Shown: positions 41,010 to 55,788 of the stretch, in pieces | Layout of the letters: the number at the start of each line of letters is the position of its first letter | Position numbering within the stretch: position 1 is the stretch's first letter | NCBI GenBank assembly: GCA_951406725.2 | Contig: OX597833.1 | Location: 69,626,001 to 69,690,000, forward strand | From: Octopus vulgaris | Lineage: Eukaryota | Direction: 5' to 3' | Length of the DNA: 64,000 nucleotides | Translations under genes and position numbers: made by a program | The notes under the pieces: generated by a model | The model's database searches: none | The model's input: only the letters and a program-made list of their open reading frames with translations | What the model was told of the DNA's origin: nothing

Positions 41010-41984
41010 ATATCTGTCTACTTATTTATCTATCTGTCTATCTATCTATCTATCTATCTATCTATTTATCTGCCTGCCTATCTTCTTCACTCTAACTTTT
41101 CTCTCCAATCAGTTTCTCCCTCTATTTATCTCTCTATCTGTCTGGCTCTCTATTCCTCGTTCCTTCTTCATTCCTAAAGCAATAACTCAACGGAGTGAGA
41201 GCATTCTCAAATCATATGTCATAATCAAATAATGCCAGTCGCAGCCACCACATAATAGGCTAAGAAAAGGAAACGAAACAGCAACAAAACGCAAATAAAT
41301 AAGGGGTATCAATGGCATAAAATAATAAAACTATGCAATATAAAATAATATAATAAATCGAAGACATATAATTAAAAAATGTCAGTTAATTTTCTTGTGA
41401 GACTATTTTGTTGCCATTGAAAACAGTCATTAATGAGATACGGCAGTTTGTCATGAATTTAATTAGAAGCAAATAGTTACAACTAGGCATTCAAGTTTAA
41501 ACAATTGTTACTTTAGTACTTCTGTGGTGCTATCTTTTGAATCATTACTCAAATTTCTTTCGCATTAAATTTGAGAGGAATTTTACAATAGTGAATTTTT
41601 TTTTTTTGTTTTCAGGTTTTTTTTTTTCAGGGAAGTTGAATCCAGATGTAAAATGCTATAATTATTACAGCAAGTAAGGTATTCAAATTTGAAACAAATA
41701 TAAATATTATATAGTTATATCCCCTCAGAGCAAAAAATAATTATCAATATATTTTCGCAAAGTTATAAGTATGCAAGTGATATTAAATTTATGAGTTGGA
41801 TCTTAGAATTTAGGCAGTATTTTTATATGGAGTTTAAGGGATTTCGTCCATCGACGCTTTTGATATTTCGGGAAGTTACATACTTGTTTCTGTTAAGAGA
41901 ATGGTCTACTGGAAGATGAGGATTTGGGGAAAATATTTTTTTGTGGATCAGAAACTTACGAGGTTAGCATAACACGCTCGAGCG

Positions 41985-42058
41985 TTTTGCACGAGGCCCT
42001 CTCTTGGCGCGAGGCCCAATTTGAAGAAATCTATGTAATTGCTTTAAAACTGGCCCTG
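41985..42058. mobile_element. hAT (Tip100-like) terminus
   Basis: cgaggccctctcttggcgcgaggccc...taaaactggccctg; its reverse complement begins cagggccag, like hAT TIRs. Confidence 0.45.
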
Positions 42059-42299
42059 CTTTTACATCATATAACATCCGAAGAGAAACCTAAGCAAGGC
42101 AATGGATATGATATATGTCTACCAACATTATTTTGGCTGTTGACTTGGGCCAAGGGAAAGCTGCTTACCACATATCTATTGTGGACTGTGTAATATAATG
42201 GTAGCAGTTTGAAATTTGGCTTAAGAGAAATAGGAAATACAGAAGCTATAATTTGGTAAACGGCAAAAAGGAATCACTGCTATAATTGCTATTTCTCTA

Positions 42300-43300
42300 T
42301 GACAAAGATGATAGTTTTTGTTGACGAAAATCTGAACTGCATCTCTCTTTAGAGCAATGTTTATTGATTTATGTCGACCAGTTAAAATTCCAGCCTTTCA
42401 TATGCTTCACGTCATAACACCGTGGAGGTCTTTCAAATGTTAAGCATTGACTTCACTGGGGATTGATACATCCAGAAAATATTTCAAGAATGAGAGTTTC
42501 GACTGGATTGGAACAAGACATGCTTTTCGTGAAACTATTTCAATATTGCCAGATCCATTCCTAGCTTTGGCCCGACCACACGACTGGCATTTGTGAGTTT
42601 GTGAACGCTGAAATGCTATAGGAAATACCGCTACGGTTAACAAAAGTTAGTTTTAAACTTTATAACTTCTTCAAAACCACGAAGGAAAAAGAAAGATGCA
42701 AATGCAGAATTCTATTTTGACTTCTCCTTAATAACAAGTTGTCTGGAAAATTTACTTTGTATTTTGTTTGGAAAGTGTCCGGTATTCATGAATTTGAAAA
42801 GCGCTGCTTTAGATTTTGGATCAGCATCGAGAAACGGTTACCGTATTTTGAAAGTGATGCACTGAAGGACCGACCCCTTACTAGAGGGCAATTTTCAAGA
42901 TTGTCGGTCAGATATTGATAATGAAATCGATAATCTGTAGATTTTACATCGCAGTAGTTCCACATATGTATAGAAGCAAGGAAAGTTCAATGATGTGCAG
43001 GGAAGAATTTATAATTTGCCAAAAATGTCCTTTATTTCGTCTTAATTATTAAGGAATGGAAGCACATCTACTCAATATCTCTAATCCGTTACTTTTGTTA
43101 GCATCATTTAAACTTTTCTAGTCATTATCCAATGGATGGAAATAATCTACCTTTGCAAGGATTTCGCTCTGCTCATGTTAAAGATAAACCCAGTGACCAG
43201 GATCACGAAGAAAGAGAAGGTTTTCATTTGTTTTTAGGAAATATACTTTTAAAGCTGGTTTGATTTGTAATGCCAGAATGAAGCATATGAATCAACTAAA
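42300..43300 (-). pseudogene. Possible heavily decayed hAT transposase
   Basis: Minus-strand fragments FLDADPK...PNKIQSK and KCQSCGRAKARNGSG...RKACLVP weakly recall the ZMYM1/THAP12-type hAT motifs (DAGD..L, IQNE, GQxYDGA..MSG). A possible TIR-like end gaacttgccctg lies near 44013. Confidence 0.3.
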
Positions 43301-43477
43301 CCAGTGTTGAACTGAATATAATTTCACTATTGGTGTTTATAAATAGGCGCACGTTTTGTAGTTATATATTAGTATATAAGATTGAAAACGCAATACGCAA
43401 ATATGAGCAAGAATTTTGGCCAACCTAAAATGTAAAACTAAATTCTACTAGAGTAAAAAGAAAAAATATTTCTCTCC

Positions 43478-43909
43478 CTTTACTCTTTACTCTTTTACTC
43501 TTTTACTCTTTTCCTTGTTTCGGTCATTTGACTGCGGCCATGCTGGAGCACCGCCTTTAATCGAGCAACTCGACCCCGGGACCTATTTTTTTGTAAGCCC
43601 AGTACTTATTCTATCGGTCTCTTTTGCCGAACCGCTAAGTAACGGGGACATAAACACACCAGCATCGGTTGTCAAGCAATGCTAGGGGACAAACACAGAC
43701 ACACAAACACACACACGAATATATATATATATATATACATATATGCGACGGGCTTCTTTCAGTTTCCGTCTACCAAATCCACTCACAAGGCATTGGTCGG
43801 CCCGAGGCTATAGTAGAAGACACTTGCCCAAGATGCCACGCAGTGGGACTGAACCCGGAACCATGTGGTTGGTAGACAAGCTACTTACCACACAGCCACT
43901 CCTGCGCCT
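43478..43909 (-). mobile_element. SINE family A, full-length
   Basis: Matches family A. Confidence 0.92.
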
Positions 43910-44839
43910 TTGTTGCAAAAAATTTTAAGGATCCCCATTATGACATTTCACAATATCTTAAGAAAATCCACGATGTTATGGAATGTAACATATAAAAGAT
44001 TGGAACTTGCCCTGGCCCACATAGCTATTTAAGTAATGCAAATTCTAAATCTCTTCTCCACTACAAACCGTCGACTTCCACGCCACGCGGAAACAGAAGC
44101 TTCGGAACCCAGTGAAATGTAATCAGTCTCTAATGCTAAACGGAAATATACATCGCTCGAATCACGATTCATTAACGCAAAACTGAACGGACCGTGCATT
44201 GAACATCTTTCAGCGCCGAGACAGAATAAATAAATATATAAATAAATATATAAATAAGTTACTGCTGCATTAAATTAGTGATGTGCCGAACGAAAACGAA
44301 AGAAGAATTTAGTGGTACGTCGTGTCAATTCGACAAAGATCGCATAGAATTCAGAAATTAAATGTGGAATGAACACTCAACTGTCAGAACTCATTTTCTT
44401 TTAACATTTTTTTTTTCCTAGTCCTGTATAAATAATACATGATTTATTTAGAATTGCATAGATAACGAATATTTACAATTTTGACAATGTTCAATAATAA
44501 CACTAATGAATGTAAGAAATTCTTTTGAAATATATTTGTTCTTTATTAGAAGAAAATTCGAAAAGGAAACTTATTTCTCGTTAAGTTATTAAATGATAGG
44601 GAAGGAAAAAAAATAAAGAAAGACTTGAATTGTAAAACTCAATTTGTCTGTAGGCGATTGCAGTGACGTCCTTATTAAGTGCGATCAATTTGTTTACCTC
44701 TTTATTTTGACATTTCTTCTAGCTGTCAGTAAAAGTATTTTCCTGTAATTATCAATTATATAAAACAAGAAAGGAATGAAGGTGTATATTTTTTTACTTT
44801 ACAACAGATGCTTTTTTTAAAATATATTTCATGTTACTG

Positions 44840-45127
44840 CATCATCATCATCATCATCATCATCATCACCATCACTATCACCACCATCATCATCATCATC
44901 ATCACCATCATCAACATCATCATCATCATCATCATTATCATCATCATCCGTAGTTGTATCATCATCATCATCAATATTAGTATCACCATCATTATCACCA
45001 TCATCATCATCACCATCACCATCACCACCATCACCACCATCATCATCATCATCACTATCACCATCAACATCACCATCACCATCATCACCATCATCATCAT
45101 CACCATCACCATCAACATCACCATCAC

Positions 45128-45183
<56 letters not shown>

Positions 45184-45209
45184 GTAGTAGTAGTAGTAGT
45201 AGTAGTAGT
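44840..45209. repeat. (CAT/CAC)n array followed by (TAG)n
   Basis: Direct reading. Confidence 0.95.
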
Positions 45210-45720
45210 TGCATTTAGTTATTTACTGGCTTCATTCTGTTTTTTTTTTTCTCTGTCTCTCATCTATCATGTCGAGAAATAATTATCTTGACCGATTATA
45301 ATGATGAAATCTCAAAGAAAATTCAAAAACACTCAAGAATAATTGAAACGAAAAGACAAAAAAAAACGAAAAAAAAACAAACTATAAACTATAAACGAAA
45401 ATATAATCCCAATATCCTTATAGGTGTACAATTAAGTAAAATAATAAAATATTGTGTGATATGTAATTAATGGAAGCATAATTTCTAAATAGAAGACGCC
45501 ACCGTGTCTATTTATTGGGGGACATTAAAAAAAAATACATTAAAAGATTAACCGGTTAAGAAATATCATTCTAATTATTCACTTTTAATTACATGGAGAA
45601 AAGTTCTACTTATGCAGCGGAGTCACGTAAATTTACTAATCATGTATATAAACATCTACAGATCAGCATTAGACATACGCCTATGTGAGTCTTAAGGTCA
45701 GCGGTCATGTCAGCATATAC

Positions 45721-46110
<390 letters not shown>

Positions 46111-46567
46111 ATCAGATACGTAACAAGGATGTCAAAGTATTACTGCATTACGGACGTTTCTGGCGGCCGTATTTAATCGAAATGTGCAAGCATTACATCA
46201 ATTTGAAATACACCGCTATCTTCGGATGCACAAAGTATGTTTCCAACATACAGGATATTCCACTATGCTTTTTAGCAAATATTTCATTAGAACTAGAAAA
46301 TGAAAGAATTACATGCTGCTATTATTGTAGCATAATGAACTTAGAGAGAGAAAATACCCCAAGTATAATTTGGAGTGGCAGAATAGAATAACAATGGTGG
46401 CCATGAGATGGTAATATAGCTACTATGAGAATTATTTAATAGTGTTTTGAAGCGTGAAGGTAAATTTTTTAAATATATATTTTTTTAAATGTTACCAAAT
46501 CTTTTACCACAATGTTACTAACCTTTTTTGAGAATCTGTTTTTCTAATGTCTATATATATTATACGT

Positions 46568-46951
46568 GGGGGCGCAATGGCCCAGTGGCTAGGGCAGCGG
46601 ACTCGCGGTCATAGGATCGCGGTTTCGATTCCCAGACCGGGCGTTGTGAGTGTTTATTGAGCGAAAACACCAAAAAGCTCTACGAAGCTCCGGCAGGGGA
46701 TGGTGGTGATCCCTGCTGTACTCTTTCACCACAACTTTCTCTCACTCTTACTTTCTGTTTCTGTTGTACCTGTATTTCAAAGGGCCGGCCTTGTCACTCT
46801 CTGTGTCACGCTGAATATCCCCGAGAACTACGTTAAGGATGCACGTGTCTGTGGAGTGCTCAGCCACTTACACGTTAATTTCACGAGCAGGCTGTTCCGT
46901 TGATTCGGATCAACCGGAACCCTCATCATCGTAACCGACGGAGTGCTTCCA
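46568..46951 (+). mobile_element. SINE family C, full-length
   Basis: tRNA-like head tggcccagtgg...ggtttcgattccc. Flanked by tatatatattatac (probable TSD). Confidence 0.92.
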
Positions 46952-47227
46952 AAAAAAAATATATATATTATACATATATATGTATATACACGAGTACAAA
47001 TATATACATATATGTATGTACATACACACTCACACACACATCCAATCACACATACACACACAGACATAGGTATGTGCAAGAGAGGAGCAGACAGGTATAC
47101 AGAGTGGCGCAGTCTCCGAATAACAGGAAAAAATGTTGAGCTGAAATGCTATTTTATGAAAATGGAAAACTTTTCTCTATAATCCAATTCACTTCAGTCT
47201 CCATTTGTGTATCTTAGAAACTGAAGA

Positions 47228-47303
47228 AAAAGAAGAAGAAGAAGAAGAAGAAGAAGAAGAAGAAGAAGAAGAAGAAGAAGAAGAAGAAGAAGAAGAAGAA
47301 GAA
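47228..47303. repeat. (GAA)n microsatellite
   Basis: Direct reading. Confidence 0.95.
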
Positions 47304-48875
47304 CGCACAAATGCAAATGAATAAATAAAAAATATAATTTATTAATAATAATAATAGTAATACAAATATGTATAGGCCATCTGTCTATTAAATCAATATG
47401 TTGCTAGAATTTAGAGTTTCATTGAGGTATGGGAAAGATTGCTGTGGTTTAAAGCTATGTTCTTTGTATAATGAATCAAGGTGATGGGGGGGGGACATGG
47501 AGAGAATGATGCGAAAACCTGATTAACATATAACCTCTTCGGGGAATTATTAGAAAAATGTCATTTACGAAGAATTTATAGTTTTAATCTAATCCTAAGC
47601 CATTTATTTGATGTATCTTAAATGACTGTAATTTATCCCAGTGAAAGAATATTGTCATCGTTACGTTTTCACATTGCAATTAAATTTTGAATGAAATTAA
47701 ATTAAATAACGACATTTGGAAAACAAAAGGAAAATCCAAAATGAGGAATATAAGAGATAAAAATTTAAAAATCTAGAAAAGGAAATCTAATCGTTCGAAG
47801 ATTTTGTTTATTTAATTAGGGGTTTTGTAGAAAATATATAGCGAGGTCGGAGGATAACCAGAAATGAAAAGGGGAAAATGTCTTCAAAATTTTTTCACTG
47901 GTCAAAAGTTTCGATATGAAGAAATATATTTTAAAATCATATATGTTGTCGTTAATAGCTAAGCGGTGGCAAAACATCTTCTCAAACATCAGTGTTGTTG
48001 ATTCGGCCCTATGCATCATACTTTCGGTAATATATACTTATAGTATCTTTCCCTTGACCAATACTTTAGGAGGGAAATTTCGAAGACCGAAGAGGCGCGG
48101 GAACTGTCGCTAGCGTGAGCATGTAGGTGCGTTTTAGGTACGTATTTAACGATGTATGTATTTTTTTTAAGCATTCGCTCGTTACAAGGTCCTTAGATCA
48201 CTGAAAACATCAAGGGCTACTAGTATAAAATGGACCCTAGACAGAAGACAATAGGTGACGATGTACATTAGACTTAAAAGACTGGAGGTCATATTGAAGA
48301 AGAAAAGAAGACTGTGGAATAGAATTCCAAAGTTCAGAGATGCGAGGAAAGCGAATGGTACTGCAAAGTGCTTTACGACACACATATCTGTGTATGTTTA
48401 TATGTGCATGTGTGGTTATATGTATATGAGAATGTCTTCTTGTGCATAACTCTATAGCTATGTGTGCATGTATGTGCGTGCGAATGTGTGCGCATGTGCT
48501 TCAGTATTTTTCTATAGCCTATCTCAGACATATAAGTTTTTCTCAAAGGATCTCATCCGGGTTTAAAGAAGTAAGAGATTGAGAGAAAAATAAAAGGATC
48601 ATAACTGAAAGGGGTGTGTGTCCGTCACAGGTTTAAGGACCAGATACCTCTCGTACTTTCATATAAAAGTACCTGCTGGTTTAAGAAGAAATGAAGTACC
48701 ATGCCCAAGGGCAGAATGAGCCATCATCCCCCAACTCGAGAATCGAACCTAACGATTAATACTCGTGAACTTGACAACCCACAATCTAGGCCAGTGGACT
48801 TTATGTGTTTGGCTATAATATAAACACACACGTAAAGAGTACGTGTGTGTATGTGAGTGTGTGTGTGTGTGTGTA

Positions 48876-48926
<51 letters not shown>

Positions 48927-48954
48927 TTGTGCATTACCGTTTTACAATGTTAAA

Positions 48955-49113
48955 TATTGGTTTCAAATTTTGGTACAAGGCCAGCAACTGGTTCTTATTT
49001 TATCGAACTCCAAATTCTGAAAGGAAAAGTCAATCTCGATACAATTTGAACTCAGAACGTGAAGGCGGAGAAAATGTCGCTAAACAGTTTATCTGTCGTG
49101 CTAACGATTCTGC
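48955..49113 (-). mobile_element. SINE family B, old degenerate copy
   Basis: ttcaaattttggtacaaggccagc...tttgaactcagaacgt...cgtgctaacgattctgc is the reverse complement of the B head and long tail. Confidence 0.7.
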
Positions 49114-49213
49114 TTTAATTCAACGTGAGATATCGATTTTGTATCTAAAATGGCCTTCTGTTATTTTGGCATGCTCAGACTTTCTCTAAGATATGAAGTA
49201 CAGCACACAGAAA

Positions 49214-49450
49214 AATAACCGAGAAAAGAACCGAGAAATTGTATTCACCTCAATAGACGTCGTTGATTGGTTGAAATTGTCGAAATGCATGAAATTAAAC
49301 AACGAATAGCTTACAAACTACAGAATTTTCTCAAGAGAGCCAAGAGCAAAAGATGTTTTATGTAACACATTCTACCAGTATACGAAGTTTAAAAGTGCTT
49401 AGTTGCAAAGAAATTATTTTAAAAATCTGCCGGTCAAAGCGAAAAGATCC
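49214..49450. mobile_element. MITE fragment, same family as 55137-55456 (right part only)
   Basis: cacctcaatagacgtc...gattggttgaaatt...aatctgccggtcaaagcgaaaagatcc is near-identical to 55252-55456. Confidence 0.88.
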
Positions 49451-50111
49451 CCGATGTGGCTTTTTTTTTATAACTAAAACAGTTAGTTGTTATTTACAGA
49501 TACAATACTATTTCAATATGTTAAAATATATATCAAATTTATTGAGTTATATTGCTGGGTTTGTAAAAATACAAAATACTAAATTATTGTACAAAATTTG
49601 CATATTTGAGATTTGAATATATAATAAGATAATTCTCAGTTAATTATATATTGATGCTTTAAAATATGAGATACTGTTCTATAAAGATGCAGCATACAGA
49701 TCACAATGAGCTGCTTATAGAATTTCTAATATTTCTTCAACGCATATTAATTAATTGAACTTGTTAATTGTTTGGCCACCTGTACATTCGTAGCATTGAC
49801 GCTTGTAGCAAACAGTATTTTCAAAAGTCCGTTCCTCAAATACGCAATAAATTACAAATATAAAAATATTTTAAAAAAACGTATAATAATTGAGATATTT
49901 GATGTATTATTTCAGTCAATTTATGTATTAAGTTTTAATTTATGTACCAAACTTTTAAAATACAAACGTTCAAAATCTGAAGAAATAAACAATATTTAGG
50001 CATCTTGATTTTCGTCATAATTTTTGAGTTCATTTCAGAGAAAGTTAAATCGCAGCAACTTCTGAGCATAAACATATGTTTCTATAGAATGATATATATT
50101 GCCAAGATTAA

Positions 50112-50340
50112 GGCGGCGAGCTGGCAGAAACGTTAGCACGCCGGGCGAAATGCTTACGTGGTTTCGGCTGTCGTTACGTTCTGAGTTCAAATTCCGCCGA
50201 GGTCGACTTTGCCACTCATCCTTTCGGGGTCTATAAATAAAGTACCAGTTTCAAACTGGGGTCGATGTAATCGACTTAATCCCTTTGTCGGTCTTTGTTT
50301 GTCCCCTCTGTGTTTAGCTCCTTGTGGGCAATAAAGAAAT
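50112..50340 (+). mobile_element. SINE family B, full-length with ~18-bp TSD
   Basis: TSD atatatattgccaagatt on both sides. Confidence 0.92.
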
Positions 50341-52011
50341 ATATATATTGCCAAGATTTTCGATTTCTATTTTTCTAAATGCAGCCAGCTCCTTCATGTA
50401 CCTACAAGAGCAAATATTTTCTTTTATCAAAAGTATTCCAGTCCCATCCATACCAACATTGTTCCGATCTTGTTTTCATATAAAACTCCAGTTCCCAGTC
50501 AGTTGTTAGTTTATGATTTTAGGAAATCTAGTTTGTTCTCTCAGATTTTTAACTATCCGATCGTCATCGTGAAAACTATCCTGTTCAATCGTTTTACTAA
50601 ATGGTAGAATAAAGATATTGTCATTATCAGGTAGTTTGACTATTGATAACATGCTTAATGTTGTTAATTTAATTAATTAAGATTACACTTCTGGAGAAGA
50701 AATGAGGGGGAAAATAAACCGACATTAACCTATTGATTAAGTAAAGCTGACGAGTCAATTCCAAAATTTATATTACCGAAAGTTAATTAAAATTCCCCTG
50801 TACGCAGGCATCGAAAATGAACCTCATTTTTGGCAAGAACGGTGACAACTCTGGGAATAATAGAGTCTTATTACACCTTCTTAGATAACTAAAGTCTTTA
50901 CTAGCTTTTGCCAAATCTTAAGATGACTGAAAGATATAAAGATTTTCGGTAAATAAACGTCCATAGGATGTTTTTAAAATAAACGTGATCTAAAAGACTT
51001 TGCCGTACGATAAGGTAGATTTTGACAATGTTGTAAATATATAAAGCTAGCGTACATTTCCCAATATCATTTATCAGTTTGAAGTCGTGATTCGTTCTTC
51101 TGTTATTAGCGCCAAACAGTCTCTTTAAGTATTAACTTTTCGAACGATATCTCTAGAAATTGGAATTTTGGAAAGACCATTAAAGAATTTGATTAAATTT
51201 ATTGTGGTGATTTCGGCGTCTGAAATTATATTGCTATACCACTTTGTCGTTTCGTTTGATCACAGTGATTTAGTTATTGTCAATTCCTTTGGCAAACATT
51301 TTGGTACGTAGGCGTCAAACAGGTTGTGGAATTTCATTCTGCTTATGTTTCGAGTTGGTTGATTTCCCGTCTATAGCAGATTTTTGAACTATCTGTAGGT
51401 CTAATTCTCTATCTTATTTTCTCGATATATTTATACAACATTAAACTCCTTTATCATGAGGTGTTATTTATATGAATATTTCCTTTGAGCAGTGATAAAT
51501 TTCAAGTCCGTATCTCGATTTTTTGACTGAAGAATTTTCAAACAAGATGTTATCCAGTTTATTTTATTCAATGACAGATTAAAATGGATCCTTGAAACAT
51601 TCTGTCCCTTAGAAGACCATGGAATCACATCAAAGGAACATAGATATCTCACTGCGTAGCCTGTGTACAGTTGCCCTCTTCTAATGGGTTCGTTTCTATA
51701 AATAACCGTTACAACATAACAACACTTGATTAAACCATTGTAAAGTGGTCTGTGATTATGTAGATGTGCACATCTTTCACTGTGTCGTATATATATATAT
51801 ATATATATGTGTATATATATATATATATATATACACATATATAAGAAAAAGAGAGAGATAGAGCTAGAGAGAGAGAAAGAGAGAGATGTTTACATGTGTA
51901 GATGCAAAATCCTATTGTACCGTGACACCTGAAAGATTATTGAAACCTTGTTGATACCTACATAAATTCTACAAGGAACAAGAACGTACTTGAGTCAAAT
52001 CACTAACAGTG

Positions 52012-52098
<87 letters not shown>

Positions 52099-52122
52099 GG
52101 TAGTAGTAGTAGAAGTAGTAGC

Positions 52123-52185
<63 letters not shown>

Positions 52186-52789
52186 GGGAGGAGGAGGAGG
52201 TGAAGGAGGAGGAGGTGGTGTTGAGGAGGAGAAGGTGAAAGATAATATTCATTATAATAATGATAATAAGAATGAAGATAATAACAATAATAATATGTGG
52301 TGAATAAAAAAGAAAGACCTTGCGTGGTAATCGACAAAGCATTTCCCTGTGACAACAGGACCAATGAGGAAAGAAGAAGAAAAAAATAAACTACTATGAC
52401 GAATTCTTCGCAGAGTTCTTCAAGTGTGACCAGTAAACAAGTGTCACCTTCGTCTGCTGGCTAAGCAACCAAATAGCTACAAAATTACATTTAAAAAAAT
52501 ACACGATAGAGTCTTACTAAAAGGAAAGTCAAGTTAGATAATGCAAACCTAAATTTTATTGTCTGAATTAACAAAGCAAAAATGGAAATATACCTGGATG
52601 GTCACAGCTGGAATGTCGTCGATCACGCGTCTGCTCGATGAGAACTCATGCTGCCATGTTAATGGGAAAATAAGCAAAACATCAATATCTGCAGCAGCAA
52701 TAGGAATTTACAGTAGCTACAGCATCTGAGATTTAGAATTAGAAGCTTACTTCAGAGACGAATGTGTGCTTGTCTTTGTATATATATAG

Positions 52790-52795
52790 AGAGAG

Positions 52796-52840
<45 letters not shown>

Positions 52841-52925
52841 CATACATACATACATACATACATACATACATACATACATACATACATACATACATACATA
52901 CATACATACATACATACATAGATAA

Positions 52926-53004
<79 letters not shown>

Positions 53005-53033
53005 CATACATACATACATACATACATAGATAA

Positions 53034-53064
<31 letters not shown>

Positions 53065-53145
53065 CATAGATAGATACATACATACATACATACATACATA
53101 CATACATACATACATACATACATACATACATACATACATACATAC

Positions 53146-53184
<39 letters not shown>

Positions 53185-53330
53185 CATACATACATACATA
53201 CATACATACATACATACATACATACATACATACATACATAGATAGATAGATATAGAGATAAATAGATAGATAGATAGACAGACAGATAGATAGATAGATA
53301 CATAGATACATACATACATACATACATATA

Positions 53331-53364
<34 letters not shown>

Positions 53365-53469
53365 CATACATAGATAAATAGATAGATAGATAGATAGATA
53401 CATAGATACATACATACATACATACATATATACATACATACATACATACATACATACATACATAGATAA

Positions 53470-53504
<35 letters not shown>

Positions 53505-53577
53505 CATACATACATACATACATACATACATACATACATACATACATACATACATACATACATACATACATACATAC

Positions 53578-53632
<55 letters not shown>
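52790..53632. repeat. Alternating (GATA)n/(CATA)n compound satellite, ~840 bp
   Basis: Blocks of GATA and CATA alternate repeatedly, with the shared variant gataaatagata recurring near 52921, 53030, 53258, 53374 and 53465. Confidence 0.95.
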
Positions 53633-54514
53633 CGTATGTGTGTGTATGGTTTATACACGTGTGTCTGTGTGTGTATGTGTGCGTGTATGTGCGTGTGTTT
53701 TCGTGTGTGTGTTTCTATATACCGGCAAGTGAGTTTGCGTGTCTACGCGTATGTCTGTGTATGTATTTGTCTATGCCTCTACTTGTCTCTATGAGATTGT
53801 GTGGAATTTGTGTGTGGAGGGCGTTTTGTACTTGTGTATGTGTGTTTCTATGACAAACCCAGAATACATTTAGAATGTCTAGTTTATTACAGCTTACCTC
53901 TAACACCATAATATTTGTTTGTGCTTTATTTTATTTACTTATTTACAGCCCGAAACATTTCCAACTCTCAGGCCGCGGACTTAACAAAAGAACCCATTCT
54001 CGCTTTATTTGCAGTTACATAATATAAGCCACAGGCTTTTACAGTAAACATTCATTTTCAAAAAGCGACTCTTTTCTAGCATAATCACTTACGAGCTTTT
54101 TCCGAAATATAATCCCATTCAATGGATTATATAGATTCATGAGAACAAATCACTTGGAGACATATATAATAGAACACAAAATCGATTTCTCACAGTGTCA
54201 TGGCTCTACTGTAAAGGAAATAAGCAGAGCGAGATAAATTCGACACAAGTACAGAGGCCTGTTAATGATTTTATTGCTAGCGTAGTAATGAATGGTGAAA
54301 GCAAACATCGCCATCACATGGTTTCAACTCAAAGGATGAAACTAATAATTATAATGCGTTACACAGTCACTACTACACAAGAAATTTATGATTTTGTCAT
54401 TTGATCCAAGATTAGGACTCACAGGACTAACATATCTTCAAAGAGATCCCAGCCATGACCGTCGCGAAATTTGTTGAAACAAACCCTGATATCTTAACAC
54501 TGTCGTGTTCAGTA

Positions 54515-54902
54515 GGAGGTGCAATGGCCCAGTGGTTAGGGCAGCGGACTCGCGGTCATAGAATCGCGGTTTCGATTCCCAGACCGGGCGTTGTGAGTGT
54601 TTATTGAGCGAAAACACCTAAAAGTTCCACGAAGCTCCGGCCGGCAGGGGATGGTGGTGATCCCTGCTGTACTCTTTCACCACAACTTTCTCTCACTCTT
54701 ACTTCCTCTTTCTGTTGTACCTGTATTTCAAGGAGCCGGCCTTGTCACTCTCTGTGTCACGCTGAGTATCCCCGAGAACTACGTTAAGGGTACACGTGTC
54801 TGTGGAGTGCTCAGCCACTTACACGTTAATTTCACGAGCAGGCTGTTCCGTTGATTCGGATCAACCGGAACCCTCATCGTCGTAACCGACGGAGTGCTTC
54901 CA
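54515..54902 (+). mobile_element. SINE family C, full-length with 11-bp TSD
   Basis: TSD cgtgttcagta at 54504-54514 and 54903-54913. Confidence 0.93.
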
Positions 54903-55136
54903 CGTGTTCAGTATCTCTTGTCCAACAATTTAATGAAGGGAATAAGGTGTAATTGGAGGCGTGGCTCTATGGTTAGAAGTTTGCCTCCTAATCATACGGT
55001 TTTGGGTTTCGTACCACTTCGTAGCACCTTAGGCTAAATCATTCTATGGTGGTTTATCTGGCTGGAAATTCGACGCCACTATCTATACGGTTGTTGTTAA
55101 AGAATAAGTGTATACACTGCAAAAGTATGGAGTAAC

Positions 55137-55456
55137 GAATCTTTTCACTTTGATCGGCAGATTTAAAAAAATAATTTCTTTGTAACTAAACACTTTTAAA
55201 CTTCGTATACTGGTAGAATGTGTTACATAAAACATATTTTTCTCTTGGCTTCACCTCAATAGACGTCATTGATTGGTTGAAATTGGCGAAATGCAAGAAA
55301 TTTAACAACAAATAGCTTACAAACTACAGAATTTTCTCAAGAAAGCCAAGAGAAAAATATGTTTTATGTAACACATTCTACCACTATACGAAGTTTAAAA
55401 GTGTTTAGTTACAAAGAAATTATTTTTTAAATCTGCCGGTCAAAGTGAAAAGATCC
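55137..55456. mobile_element. MITE with ~113-bp TIRs and 8-bp TSD
   Basis: gaatcttttcactttgatcggcagattt...ctcttggctt is mirrored by aagccaagag...aaatctgccggtcaaagtgaaaagatcc. TSD ggagtaac at 55129-55136 and 55457-55464. Confidence 0.93.
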
Positions 55457-55788
55457 GGAGTAACGCTTCAGATTTAGAAATATATTATTTCTATTTACAA
55501 CTCATCAGTTCGGCAGTTAATCATCTGCTAATTAGCCCCTTCTAAAACTGCACATTTTATCCAGTAGCGTTTAAATTGAAGGAAACATTTCTGGATCTCC
55601 TTTTTTTTGAGATGCCAAGCAGTTTGTCGCGTTATCTTGGCTTTCTTAGACTACTTGACATCTTGTTCGTTTCGAGTAGGATTTCATTTTTGCCTGTAAC
55701 ACTCTTCAAGCGATGCCTCTTACTAGGCAAGTACTAACAAACACACACACATATCCACACGTACATAGTGTCTCTCTGCTAGAGTCAC

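Noticed and set aside
44834-45214. Poly-Met/poly-His ORFs
   Set aside because: (CAT)n microsatellite with no flanking coding signal.
46568-46645. tRNA genes at SINE heads (also 54515, 17820-17892, 23020-23097, 11707)
   Set aside because: Each continues into a shared SINE body, several have TSDs, and acceptor stems are not intact.
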